Shown: positions 47,709 to 56,684 of the stretch, one piece after another
Position numbering within the stretch: the first letter of the stretch is position 1
Layout of the letters: each line of letters starts with the position of its first letter
Virus record (IMG/VR): IMGVR_UViG_3300020283_000004
Coordinates: 1 to 58,353 of that record
Length of the DNA: 58,353 bases
Source: a virus
Lineage: Duplodnaviria > Caudoviricetes
Strand: one strand, 5' to 3'
Translations under genes and position numbers: made by a program
Notes under the pieces: model-generated
What the model was told of the DNA's origin: nothing
The model's database searches: none
Seen by the model: only the letters and a program-made list of their open reading frames with translations

Positions 47709-48273
47709 CAACCTCAACAGTGAAACGACCGTAAGAGTTCATGCGGTTCTCACACAACCCTTCGATCTCTCCGCACAACTCAAGGATCTCTATCACCTCA
47801 GACATGTTGATGATCTCCTCATTAACAGTAAGAGTGAAGGTAATCGACCACTCGTGAAAGATAGGACGACAAGTCATCACCTTACTGTTCTTCACGTTGA
47901 CCGATCTCACATCCCTGAACTTCTCGTTAGCCCATAATCCTTCGATATCTTTTGGGCCATCATATTCTATTGGGACTTCAGGTTGAGCTATCTGCACACC
48001 GCGTTGTATCTGTTTACCACGCTTTGAAAGCTTAGCCCCTGAACGGATCATTGCTCTCAATGCGTACCCAGGCATGACAGGTCTTGTCCCATCATGATAC
48101 AGTCCACCTTCCCACTTCAGACGATAGATCATCTCATGATCCTCATCTGTCTTAGTTCTCTTACCAGTATACTGTTTCAACTCTTTAGACAGTGGGTCTA
48201 AAGGGTTAGCTAATCTATCACTCTGCACCATTAACGGACTGACCCCTGTCAGCTTTATTTGCTTACGTTCCAT
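47704..48273 (-). CDS. Stand-alone RAMP (Cas7-like) protein
   Basis: IKLTGVSPLMV, PVMPGYALRAMIRSGA, CRPIFHEW, and terminal G-loop-like CGEIEGLCENRMNSYGRFTV; AGGAG RBS. Confidence 0.8.
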   Translation of the reverse strand: MERKQIKLTGVSPLMVQSDRLANPLDPLSKELKQYTGKRTKTDEDHEMIYRLKWEGGLYHDGTRPVMPGYALRAMIRSGAKLSKRGKQIQRGVQIAQPEVPIEYDGPKDIEGLWANEKFRDVRSVNVKNSKVMTCRPIFHEWSITFTLTVNEEIINMSEVIEILELCGEIEGLCENRMNSYGRFTVEVV

Positions 48274-48300
48274 ATATCTCCTATACGAATGTAGTTAAGA

Positions 48301-48317
48301 GCCCCCATAAAGGGGGC
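48301..48317 (-). terminator. Hairpin between ssb and the RAMP gene
   Basis: GCCCCC-N5-GGGGGC with a weak U-tract. Confidence 0.5.
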
Positions 48318-48323
48318 GATTGA

Positions 48324-48704
48324 TTAGACAGCAGGACGCTGACTACGTGGCTCTCCACCAAGATCGTAAGAACTATCCTCTCTTGGTTTTTGTTCTGGGA
48401 ATATGTCTACGACACGAAAGGTTATGAACTTATCCTTGTTCTGAAAACGTGTGTGTACATGCACAACATCACCTTTCCTCAAAGAACGAATCGTCTTACC
48501 TTTACCTTTCCCAAAGTTATCCTTGGACTCGATGAACTCACAGTTCGCCCATGAGGTTTCATTGACCCAAGTGTTTGTGGTTTTATCCATGCGAGGCATG
48601 TCAACAGCAATACCAAACTTCAGGACAGTACCCCAATCGAACTCTTTTACTTCTGGGTCAGCACCAAGCCGACCTGAGAAGATACATAAGTTTTGACAAA
48701 ACAT
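48324..48704 (-). CDS. ssb: Single-stranded DNA-binding protein
   Basis: N.CIFSGRLGADPE, F.IAV, TSW.N.E and LRKGD.V.V motifs. Confidence 0.85.
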   Translation of the reverse strand: MFCQNLCIFSGRLGADPEVKEFDWGTVLKFGIAVDMPRMDKTTNTWVNETSWANCEFIESKDNFGKGKGKTIRSLRKGDVVHVHTRFQNKDKFITFRVVDIFPEQKPREDSSYDLGGEPRSQRPAV

Positions 48705-48728
48705 AGAATTACTCCTGTAAAAATGAAA

Positions 48729-48877
48729 AGCCCAGGCTCGCTAAAACCTGGGCTAAGGAACGAAAATGAAAACGCACGTTTATATCCTGAGCAGGGCCAT
48801 GAGCAACCTGCCTCAAGGGTGACTGAAAAAGGAGAGCAATTCAGCCACCCACAAAGAGGAGATATAAACGCTGTGCG
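48729..48877 (-). ncRNA. Structured leader upstream of ssb
   Basis: A 10-bp stem (48777-86/48861-70) encloses two hairpins, with a further hairpin at 48729-54. Confidence 0.55.
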
Positions 48878-48888
48878 GTGGTTATATT

Positions 48889-49137
48889 TTAAGTGCCACT
48901 CCCGCTAGGCAACGGACCGAACAAGTCATCAAGACTTGTATTAAAAAAGGTAGCGAGCTTTCTAGCGTTTTGGGTACTGGGAACCCTCACCCCAGTACGC
49001 CAGAATGCAACAGTTACCTCTTTTACCCCTATAGATTTGGATAAAGATTTGTTTGTTATTTCTTTGTCATACATAAGTGCTATCAACTTTTTCTGAAAGT
49101 GTGTTTTCTCTTTCTTAGTTGACTGTGGGATCGACAT
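48889..49137 (-). CDS. XRE/Cro-like HTH regulator
   Basis: TNKSLSKSIGVKEVTVAFWRTG.RVP......LA.FF..SLDDLF; start taken at ATG 49137. Confidence 0.85.
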   Translation of the reverse strand: MSIPQSTKKEKTHFQKKLIALMYDKEITNKSLSKSIGVKEVTVAFWRTGVRVPSTQNARKLATFFNTSLDDLFGPLPSGSGT

Positions 49138-49354
49138 CTCTGAATGCGACTTTCCCTTCGTCATCTTCAAACTCTTCGACTTCCCTAATATTGACATAAG
49201 ACCCATATATTTTTGCCTGTCCGTAGTTCTGCAAAGCAGTCTCGTGATTGTACCCTTTGACCACAACTCCGATCATGTACAGTTTTTCCTTACCTTCACC
49301 TGGAAGGATCACTTCAAAGGCAGGGTCTTTAGCACCATATATTCTTCGAGACAT
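49115..49354 (-). CDS. Hypothetical protein (79 aa)
   Basis: Start taken at ATG 49354, because the upstream ORF extension overlaps a promoter. Confidence 0.6.
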   Translation of the reverse strand: MSRRIYGAKDPAFEVILPGEGKEKLYMIGVVVKGYNHETALQNYGQAKIYGSYVNIREVEEFEDDEGKVAFRDVDPTVN

Positions 49355-49394
49355 AATTGAGTTTATATAAATGTTAAGCAAAATAAACATCAGT

Positions 49395-49422
49395 ATAATA
49401 AATAATACATGAGTAATGTCAA
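49395..49422 (-). promoter_or_regulatory. Putative sigma70-type promoter for the XRE-ssb-RAMP region
   Basis: TTGACA-N16-TATTAT. Confidence 0.6.
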
Positions 49423-49432
49423 GCATTTTACC

Positions 49433-50746
49433 TCAGACAAGTTCTCCAAATAATGTGTAGTCTTGAACAAAAGCCATACGTGCAGTACCAGTAGCACCAA
49501 ACCTATTCTTGGCTACCTGCACCTCAGCAATACCCTTGTCCCTACTGTCATAGTCATAGTAGTCATCACGGTATAAAAGAAAGATCCGACTGGCAGCTTC
49601 TTCGATCTTACCAGACTCAGATAGATCTGATATCGCAGGACGTTTACTGGTTCTCCCTTCCACACCACGATTGATTTGAGAAAGCAACATAATATTAACC
49701 CCAAGACTCTTGGATAACTCTGCAAGATCATCAACCACTTCGCCAACCTCAAGATATCTTGCATCTCTCGTTGGGACCTTGATTCTCTGCACATAATCAA
49801 CAACAACAAACTTAACATCAAACCTTCTAACATGTGAACGAATGGATGCGATCACCTCAAACAGTGATCTACTCTTATCATCAATGAATAGTTTCAGATC
49901 CGACAACTCTTCAGCGCATGTCTCAAACTTCATCCAATCCTCAGTAGACATGTCATTGTTTGCGATGTTACCTTCTTTGATCAGACACCTACCTGCTATG
50001 ATCTTCCTGATGATCTGTAGTCTAGGCATTTCGATGCTGATCATTAGCGATGGCACTCCTGATTGGGCGATGTTGTACATCATAGACGTACCAAAGGATG
50101 TCTTACCCATACCAGTTCTGCCTGCGATAATATCAAGTTGACCTAACTGCAAACCCCCATCAAGAAACCTATCGACTGAAGGCCAAGTTGTTGGGAGTCT
50201 CTTGTGTTTCGATCCACCAGTCTGCATCTCTGTAAGTTGCTCAACCAATCCATCAGCAAACTTCGTAGCCTGGAATGTGGATGTTCTCTCCATCACACTA
50301 TCCAATCTCTTCTGTGTAAGGTGGATCACCTCTTCACTGGTCATCCCATCCATGACAGCTTCTTGAATTGACTCACCTACACTTATAAGTCTCCTTGATT
50401 CAGCGTTCTCTCTGACTGACAGAGCATGCTGTTCCAACAACTCAGGCATAGGTGGGGCTGTCAAAGATAAAGTCTCAATATATTCTTGAGACAACCCACT
50501 TGGTTCTCTTTTAATTTTCTTCCAAAGAGTAACGGAAGATACTGGTATGCCTGAGCGTGTGAGATTAACTATCTCAGTGAATATAATCTTGTGTCCCGCA
50601 TGGAAGAAATCATTCTCTTTGACAAGAGAAGTGACCGTATCTACATACTCAGGTCTACTAATGACTGCACTAAGTAGACGTTTCTCCTCGTCTATAGCTT
50701 CCTGGTGTATCGTCTGCATTGACATCCCATGTAATTTCTTGTTCAA
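49433..50746 (-). CDS. dnaB: Replicative DNA helicase, DnaB family
   Basis: AGRTGMGKT, SIEM, VVDYVQ, LSQINR, LSESG.IEE.A and KNRFG motifs; start uncertain. Confidence 0.95.
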   Translation of the reverse strand: MNKKLHGMSMQTIHQEAIDEEKRLLSAVISRPEYVDTVTSLVKENDFFHAGHKIIFTEIVNLTRSGIPVSSVTLWKKIKREPSGLSQEYIETLSLTAPPMPELLEQHALSVRENAESRRLISVGESIQEAVMDGMTSEEVIHLTQKRLDSVMERTSTFQATKFADGLVEQLTEMQTGGSKHKRLPTTWPSVDRFLDGGLQLGQLDIIAGRTGMGKTSFGTSMMYNIAQSGVPSLMISIEMPRLQIIRKIIAGRCLIKEGNIANNDMSTEDWMKFETCAEELSDLKLFIDDKSRSLFEVIASIRSHVRRFDVKFVVVDYVQRIKVPTRDARYLEVGEVVDDLAELSKSLGVNIMLLSQINRGVEGRTSKRPAISDLSESGKIEEAASRIFLLYRDDYYDYDSRDKGIAEVQVAKNRFGATGTARMAFVQDYTLFGELV

Positions 50747-51614
50747 ACTGTGAGTAGATTACATCTCTTGTGGCAGGGAGTGACTTCGCTTCATCGTAGC
50801 ATTTTGTAAACTGCTCACGAAACCTGCGGTCACCCATCCTATCGAGACTCTCCCCTAAGAATCTATCAGTCCCCCTCAGTCTCAAGATTGTTTCACCCAT
50901 GTACTTGTCCCCAACAATCTTAATCTTTGCACCACCCTTGAGTATGTTCCCCAAAACAGGAGAGTTGAGGAACTTCCACAAGGCTACGTCTGAGCTAGAT
51001 GCTTTCTGGTATTCATCACCCATGAACCTAGCTTCAGTTGGGTTCCACCATGTAGCTCCATGCTTCTTGTATATATTCATAGACTCGCACTTCGCAACAT
51101 AGTTTATGGTCCCCTTCATGACTACACTTCTCCCATACTTGTTGACAGATTTCATCCAGTTGGTGAAAGCAGGTATCTTATCACCAACTCTTGACGGATC
51201 TTTACCTCTGTAAATCTTCCAGTCCTGTTCAAACTCAGGTGGGTATCCATCCTTAGACTTGCTTACCTGCTTCTCCTGCTCAGGCTTTTTGAATAGATCA
51301 TGACTTAGATTGAGAAACATCTTTGATACATTGATCTTGTGTTTCCCATTCTGGCTCATGGTCTTGTTAGTCTTGATAGTCATGACCCCCATCTCTTCAT
51401 ACCCCTTGAGTCTGGTTCTAAACTCTTGCCTAGTAAGAGAGCACAACTCAGCAGATCTTGTCATAGTAAAAGGAATATACCCAAACTCATCCGCTGTGAT
51501 TATAAAATGAAACAACGGATTCTTATAAACTATATGCTTGTAGTAGGGATGATCTGGTGTAATTGAACTCTCAAACGTAAGCCTACTGCGTAACTGGTTC
51601 CCTGGACTTGGCAC
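50670..51614 (-). CDS. Putative replication initiator/replisome organiser
   Basis: HTH-like N-terminus; YPPEFEQDWKIY...K..AF..W...YKKHGATWWN; directly upstream of dnaB. Confidence 0.7.
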   Translation of the reverse strand: MPSPGNQLRSRLTFESSITPDHPYYKHIVYKNPLFHFIITADEFGYIPFTMTRSAELCSLTRQEFRTRLKGYEEMGVMTIKTNKTMSQNGKHKINVSKMFLNLSHDLFKKPEQEKQVSKSKDGYPPEFEQDWKIYRGKDPSRVGDKIPAFTNWMKSVNKYGRSVVMKGTINYVAKCESMNIYKKHGATWWNPTEARFMGDEYQKASSSDVALWKFLNSPVLGNILKGGAKIKIVGDKYMGETILRLRGTDRFLGESLDRMGDRRFREQFTKCYDEAKSLPATRDVIYSQFEQEITWDVNADDTPGSYRRGETST

Positions 51615-52449
51615 GTTGCTCTCCTATCATGTTCAGTGCTTTGTCTTTGACAGATGTAGGTTCATCCGATCTGCCAACTTGTTCCTGGCTAAAGTAAGTA
51701 TCAATAAAGGTTCGCGATCTTGTTATCACGCCAAGCATTTTCTCGTAGTCCTCATCACTAAACGAGTCACGTTGAGCGTTAAACACAGTCACAAACTTAT
51801 CAAGAGATGATGAGAAGGCATCTATACTATCCTTCGTTAATCCACCGCGAGAACTTACATGCTGCAAGTTGCTCTTACATTGTGTGTGCAAGGGTTTGAT
51901 ATCCGTATGCTCAGCTTTCAATTCTCTGAATGCTTCTTTCTGCTCATTGGTAGGGGGTTGACCACTACCTGATGGTTCCATATGAGAATCATCCTCGACA
52001 TCGACTCGTGGGTCATAGTCTCCGACATCCTGTCCTTGGACTGGAATCTCGTACTTGAAAAACAGAGCGTTCTTATACCCGTATGAGGAAAACTTTCCTG
52101 AAGACTTATCACCGTTGTCCAACCCCTCACCAGGGGCAACGAATTCGGAATAGTCGTCTGGCTTATCGATGTTGATGATTCGGTATACATTGACTCCTGA
52201 CATATGAATTTTACCACCAGATACATCCCTAATCTGCATGTTGTCAATAGACACCCATGAGAAATCAAGTCTGTATTTACAATGTAGTGCTGACACGCTC
52301 GCAAGGACATCATCCACACCACGATAGTTATACTTCTGATGCTTTTGGAAACGATCCTTGGATATTCCCACTTTGCACAACTCTCTCTTCACGCACCAGA
52401 TTCTCTGGTGTACGTTCATAGCAATAATATCTTCCTCTTCGTTAGGCAT
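51583..52449 (-). CDS. erf: ERF-family ssDNA annealing protein
   Basis: YNYRGVDDV, GEGLD.GDKS..K..SY.YK.ALF..Y.IP and D.D motifs. Confidence 0.85.
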   Translation of the reverse strand: MPNEEEDIIAMNVHQRIWCVKRELCKVGISKDRFQKHQKYNYRGVDDVLASVSALHCKYRLDFSWVSIDNMQIRDVSGGKIHMSGVNVYRIINIDKPDDYSEFVAPGEGLDNGDKSSGKFSSYGYKNALFFKYEIPVQGQDVGDYDPRVDVEDDSHMEPSGSGQPPTNEQKEAFRELKAEHTDIKPLHTQCKSNLQHVSSRGGLTKDSIDAFSSSLDKFVTVFNAQRDSFSDEDYEKMLGVITRSRTFIDTYFSQEQVGRSDEPTSVKDKALNMIGEQRAKSREPVTQ

Positions 52450-53521
52450 ACTCCACCTTTGTATAAGTTGACATTTGACTATAATCCTGAGCCAACACAG
52501 GGTTATCCTTCTTGAATTGAGATGAATTAAAACGTGTCGAAGTTACCTGTTTCACAGACATGACCACATCCCCCTCATACTCATACCCATCATGATCACC
52601 CAACCTTGACAGCAGGTTGTTCTCTATCTCCTTGATAGACTCTTGTTCTGTTTTGATCTGATCTTTCTTGATCTTGATCCTAGAAATCATCTCCATGACT
52701 TCTTCATCTGCCAAGGCCAACCCGCCTGAACGTTCCTTGTTCCTCAATACTTTCGAGGTGGCATCACTGCCATCAACGGGTGGCTCGGCTCCCTGATGAA
52801 AGAGTTCCCTCATGCGAATGAGGTGGTCTTTCAGTTCAGAGATCACAGTCTCATCCCTACGTACAACATACCAAGACATAGAGTGAGGTACGTCAGACAT
52901 GACATCATCAACTTCTTCCCCACTCAGAATAGCATCTACGGCTAAGGGAATTGTTGATGGGTCTTTAAGAATGAGGACTGGATTTATGCAACCATCAAGC
53001 TCATCTACGAGCATCTGGTGTTGCATCTGGATATAGTATTGGGGGACAGTATCTTCAGACCCTGAAGTCCCAAGTTTCTTCCGTATCTGCCAGTTCGATG
53101 TTGACTTTGTTTCCATAGCCCAACGACCTGGATACTTGTCAGTCTCAACCACATGGAAGTCCTTGTTGCAACAGATCCAAGGATGCTGTCTGTTACCCAA
53201 CATATATGGGTCATTGAAAACATCGATCCCAATCATGCGTGAAGCAAGATCCCCAATCCAGTTCTCAACCAAGTTACCAAATCTAATCTTATCCCAAGAC
53301 TTAGACTTACTAAGATCTTTTGGTTCTTCTCTCTTCATATCATCAAACACTTGAGTCGCTGAAGAATAAATACCAAGCAACCCAGGCGATTGAGATGCAG
53401 AGAAGTAACCCATTCTTGAATACTTCTGCTTGAGATCAGAGAACTCTTCTGGACTCAGATCAACAGTAGAAGCAATGATCTCCCCTCTTGGGGAAAAATC
53501 TTCAGGCGTTGGTATCAGCAT
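52442..53521 (-). CDS. YqaJ-like (lambda-exonuclease family) recombination nuclease
   Basis: SAS....LG, G..VE, HPW..CN.D, ETKS and PQYYIQMQHQM motifs. Confidence 0.88.
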   Translation of the reverse strand: MLIPTPEDFSPRGEIIASTVDLSPEEFSDLKQKYSRMGYFSASQSPGLLGIYSSATQVFDDMKREEPKDLSKSKSWDKIRFGNLVENWIGDLASRMIGIDVFNDPYMLGNRQHPWICCNKDFHVVETDKYPGRWAMETKSTSNWQIRKKLGTSGSEDTVPQYYIQMQHQMLVDELDGCINPVLILKDPSTIPLAVDAILSGEEVDDVMSDVPHSMSWYVVRRDETVISELKDHLIRMRELFHQGAEPPVDGSDATSKVLRNKERSGGLALADEEVMEMISRIKIKKDQIKTEQESIKEIENNLLSRLGDHDGYEYEGDVVMSVKQVTSTRFNSSQFKKDNPVLAQDYSQMSTYTKVEYA

Positions 53522-53684
53522 TCAGCCCTTCATTTGCAATGCGGTTCACAGTTTCTTCTGAGACTCTTGCTGACGAACCCAACTTGACTACTGGTATCTT
53601 ACCCTGATGAACCCAGTTTCTTATTGTCTGTTCAGCGACCCCCAACATCTCAGCAACCTCTCTATACCTATACAGTTTCGTCAT
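53502..53684 (-). CDS. Excisionase/MerR-like HTH DNA-binding protein
   Basis: EVAEMLGVAEQTIRNWV..GKIPVVKLG...RV motif. Confidence 0.85.
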   Translation of the reverse strand: MTKLYRYREVAEMLGVAEQTIRNWVHQGKIPVVKLGSSARVSEETVNRIANEGLNADTNA

Positions 53685-53743
53685 TGTATTATCCTACTAT
53701 GTTGTTGAACCAATATAATGTTCCTCACATTAACTCAACCATT

Positions 53744-53772
53744 AGTATAACACATCTCAAATCAACTGTCAA
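53744..53772 (-). promoter_or_regulatory. Strong sigma70-type promoter for the recombination/replication operon
   Basis: TTGACA-N17-TATACT with an extended -10 TG. Confidence 0.85.
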
Positions 53773-53798
53773 GTATAAAATATCATACTCTCATATAA

Positions 53799-54203
53799 CT
53801 ATACTTGTGTCGGGTCATCCATATTCCCATGATATATTTGACTGAGTTCTGCATCATTAACATAACAGACTTTACCTCTATTCAACTTGCTCCCAGGATA
53901 CTGATAGATCGCAAACTTACCTTTGTTTGCAGGTGCTTTACCCTGCTTTCCTTCTGATATAAGGGCAGGTCTTATGTCTTTTGTCTTTTCAAGATTCTCA
54001 ATCCTTGCTTCAGCTTGTCTGCATCCACAAGAAACAATCTCACCTTGTTGGACATGATCCATCCTGAGCTTCTTCTCATTACCACAATCACAACGAAATA
54101 AATAAATACTCTTTTTATTTACAGTATGACTGTATTTGACCACAGTTAAACGAGTTCCTTCCATTTTCCCAGTCCTCCTCATTTTTTGCCTAGGCATAGA
54201 CAT
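53799..54203 (-). CDS. Zinc-binding protein resembling the N-terminal module of HNH/AP2 homing endonucleases
   Basis: RLTV...FRCDCGNEK...G..VSCGC; no HNH motif seen. Confidence 0.65.
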   Translation of the reverse strand: MSMPRQKMRRTGKMEGTRLTVVKYSHTVNKKSIYLFRCDCGNEKKLRMDHVQQGEIVSCGCRQAEARIENLEKTKDIRPALISEGKQGKAPANKGKFAIYQYPGSKLNRGKVCYVNDAELSQIYHGNMDDPTQV

Positions 54204-54372
54204 CAACTATCTTTTCTCTGTTAATAGAAATTTCTTTTGGCGCATTGATCACCACTCTTGGGTGCTTACCTGAACTAACCAAACGTATTACAACTCTACT
54301 ACCATCTTCAGTAGTTATAGCAAGTTGCTCTGATTTCTTCAGGTTAAGAACCAAACCTCCTATTCTCTCCAT
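54190..54372 (-). CDS. CsrA/RsmA-like RNA-binding protein
   Basis: LVL..K..E.L.I...V.I.......RV.INAPKEISINRE.I matches the CsrA pattern; N-terminus divergent. Confidence 0.72.
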   Translation of the reverse strand: MERIGGLVLNLKKSEQLAITTEDGSRVVIRLVSSGKHPRVVINAPKEISINREKIVDVYA

Positions 54373-54577
54373 CGCGTATCTCCACATAGATTGGGTCTAA
54401 TGAATAAACGAAGTTCCCATTGTCAACAACGATCACTCCATTTGGGTATTGACGACAAGGTTTAACAGTTTGTTTTACTCTCCCACGAACATGCTCACAT
54501 TTACCATTGTACTCTAGTTCAAAAGTTACTTGCTTTCCTAACATTGAATCTCCATTTTGAGGTGAGCGATCCATCAT
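54344..54577 (-). CDS. Hypothetical protein
   Basis: GAGG upstream; packed - strand run. Confidence 0.6.
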   Translation of the reverse strand: MMDRSPQNGDSMLGKQVTFELEYNGKCEHVRGRVKQTVKPCRQYPNGVIVVDNGNFVYSLDPIYVEIRDGENRRFGS

Positions 54578-54595
54578 ACATAGCCTCAGTTAAAA

Positions 54596-54898
54596 TTAAA
54601 GGTGAAAAATAATATCTCCTTTCTCACTTTCATCACCGAAAAAATATTTGGTTGAACCCTTGTGAGTACCCTTGACAGTCAGGTATCTCAGCATGTGTTT
54701 AAGTATACTGTAACTAGAATCAGTGGTGTGGAAATGCTGACCAGGAATCCTGCCTGACACCAACATGTTGTAGATATCCAGATGTGAAGTACCTGGGACA
54801 CGACCGATCACACCATTCTTTTTATCGATACATACAGTGTGAAGTAATAATCTGTCAAACAAATGATCAGCAATTTTAGGTGATATAATCATTCTCAT
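54596..54898 (-). CDS. Hypothetical protein
   Basis: 100-aa co-oriented ORF. Confidence 0.6.
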   Translation of the reverse strand: MRMIISPKIADHLFDRLLLHTVCIDKKNGVIGRVPGTSHLDIYNMLVSGRIPGQHFHTTDSSYSILKHMLRYLTVKGTHKGSTKYFFGDESEKGDIIFHL

Positions 54899-54954
54899 TT
54901 TAATTATTGATACATGTTTGTATGAACAGCATGAGAAATAAAATGAGAATAATT

Positions 54955-55602
54955 CTAAAATGGAATTGTTTCATACTCATGTTGCATCTGCTCAAGGTTA
55001 AACCCTTCAAGTCTAAGTATTACTTTTAATCTTTCATACTCCATCAATAACTTCTCTCTCCCGACTTTCCACTTCTTGATAACATGTGTCTGAGTTCTAC
55101 AATGCTTCATGAGTTTAGATATCAAGTCAGTGGGTTCAGCCCAGACTTCCCATTGACGGAGTGCTTTGTCAGACAGTGAATCAGAACCACCTGATGCCAT
55201 GATCTTGTCTATAAATGGTTGACAACACTCAGCACCTTCATGCTCTACAAATGGTTGCTCGTATCCTAGTTGCCACGGATCTCTCTTCACCCCAACAAGC
55301 TGATCCATTTTAACTCCGTAGCAGTTGATCATGTGTCTCCATGTACACGGATATTTATTGACGAGCAGTTGTGCAGCAGCAGAACGCAATCTTGTTTTCT
55401 CAGGCCACTCTCGTATTCTTTGTATCGATGCTTCATGTGGGTGTATCAGCATATTTCCACTCTCCGTTAAACCTATTAATAGAAGTTTAGTCTCCTTGTA
55501 AAACTTCTCTCTTGGTAATTCCGTAAGTTCACACATTATGTGGTTTCTAATGTTGTCCACAGTAATGCCTTTCTTAGTTGCAGTTGGGTAGGGGTCAGCC
55601 AT
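54955..55602 (-). CDS. Hypothetical protein
   Basis: 215-aa ORF with AGGA upstream. Confidence 0.7.
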   Translation of the reverse strand: MADPYPTATKKGITVDNIRNHIMCELTELPREKFYKETKLLLIGLTESGNMLIHPHEASIQRIREWPEKTRLRSAAAQLLVNKYPCTWRHMINCYGVKMDQLVGVKRDPWQLGYEQPFVEHEGAECCQPFIDKIMASGGSDSLSDKALRQWEVWAEPTDLISKLMKHCRTQTHVIKKWKVGREKLLMEYERLKVILRLEGFNLEQMQHEYETIPF

Positions 55603-55957
55603 CTATCATCCTGTTAATTATATCCAAGCAGACCTTGACTGATTCCGTATCATGGAACCAATCGTCAAGCTCATCAGGGTTCATTCGTCTTGTTACAAAA
55701 TAAGTTCTAGCATGCTTGAGAACTTCAAGCGGTAGTGGAATAGCATGTGTCTCGCAGACTATTTCAAGTAGTATTTTGAGTTCTCTTTCTGCTTCTATCG
55801 AAGTGACGGGAGCACCAAACTTCTCATACATCTCCTTGCCTGCTTTCCTAATCCTTATCTGAAGAGGACAACGAGTTGTATATTCTGGATGATCAGAGTC
55901 CCATACAGCACGCTCATACCCTGCTTTCTTATGCCTAGTAACTCTCGATGTTGGCAT
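55595..55957 (-). CDS. Hypothetical protein (120 aa)
   Basis: AGGAG upstream of ATG 55957. Confidence 0.65.
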   Translation of the reverse strand: MPTSRVTRHKKAGYERAVWDSDHPEYTTRCPLQIRIRKAGKEMYEKFGAPVTSIEAERELKILLEIVCETHAIPLPLEVLKHARTYFVTRRMNPDELDDWFHDTESVKVCLDIINRMIDG

Positions 55958-56684
55958 CTTTTGATTTCTCCTTCTGATAGAACCACTGAATATCTGAGGG
56001 GCAATCCTCATTGTAGATGTTTGGATCTTCCTGAGTAGTGAACTCCGTGGCAAGATCAAGCATCCATCTTGGTTTGTCTGCTCTGCGATACCTAGCAAAC
56101 TGAGACTTCTCGTACTTGTAGAAGTTTCGATAAGCTAGGACTGGGTTATCTTTGACCTTGTACTGATCGGGCATACATTGGGGAAAATCGTAATGATCAT
56201 ACAGCCCAGGTTCCTCAACAAACATTTGACGAACAGTATTGGATCGATGCCACCCAAGAGGTGGGGGAGCGTCTATCTGAAAAATAGTTTTGCCAAAGTG
56301 AACATGCAATCTAGTATGCCCATCATAAGCAAAGTGTTCAAATGTGCCGTGTGTTTTCTTGTACCTTCTTGAGTATTCACTACAAAGACAGTCAAACAAG
56401 CGTAAGAGTTGAAGGTAGTTACCTTTCCCACTTCTTGCCCAGATTGCTGAGGGATGATTCTCGTGTGTCTTTTTATAAGACCTATCAAGAATGGTTTTGT
56501 ATTGTGGAAACTTCGTCCAGTTGATTTCACCATCATTGGTTTCAACCACTGGGCATTTCTCAGCCCACCATCTCCATGTGGTCGATAACAGTTGAGCATA
56601 CTCAACCACCATCTTCACAACATGTTGGTCGCAATGATAGCGAGCACAAAAGTATGGGTCATAATCTAAAAGGAAAATGTTCAT
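55935..56684 (-). CDS. Pyrimidine dimer DNA glycosylase/endonuclease V-like family protein
   Basis: MNIF.LD.DP..CA..HCD.HVVKM..E.AQLLST, YK.TH.NHP..IW, PQCMPD.YK and AYR.FY..EK motifs. Confidence 0.8.
   Translation of the reverse strand: MNIFLLDYDPYFCARYHCDQHVVKMVVEYAQLLSTTWRWWAEKCPVVETNDGEINWTKFPQYKTILDRSYKKTHENHPSAIWARSGKGNYLQLLRLFDCLCSEYSRRYKKTHGTFEHFAYDGHTRLHVHFGKTIFQIDAPPPLGWHRSNTVRQMFVEEPGLYDHYDFPQCMPDQYKVKDNPVLAYRNFYKYEKSQFARYRRADKPRWMLDLATEFTTQEDPNIYNEDCPSDIQWFYQKEKSKDANIESY

Noticed and set aside
53502-53684. Evidence of lysogeny from the excisionase-like gene
   Set aside because: This HTH family is often purely regulatory, and no integrase or att site was recognised.
53799-54203. 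Active homing endonuclease
   Set aside because: Only the Cys-rich N-terminal module is present; no HNH catalytic motif was seen.
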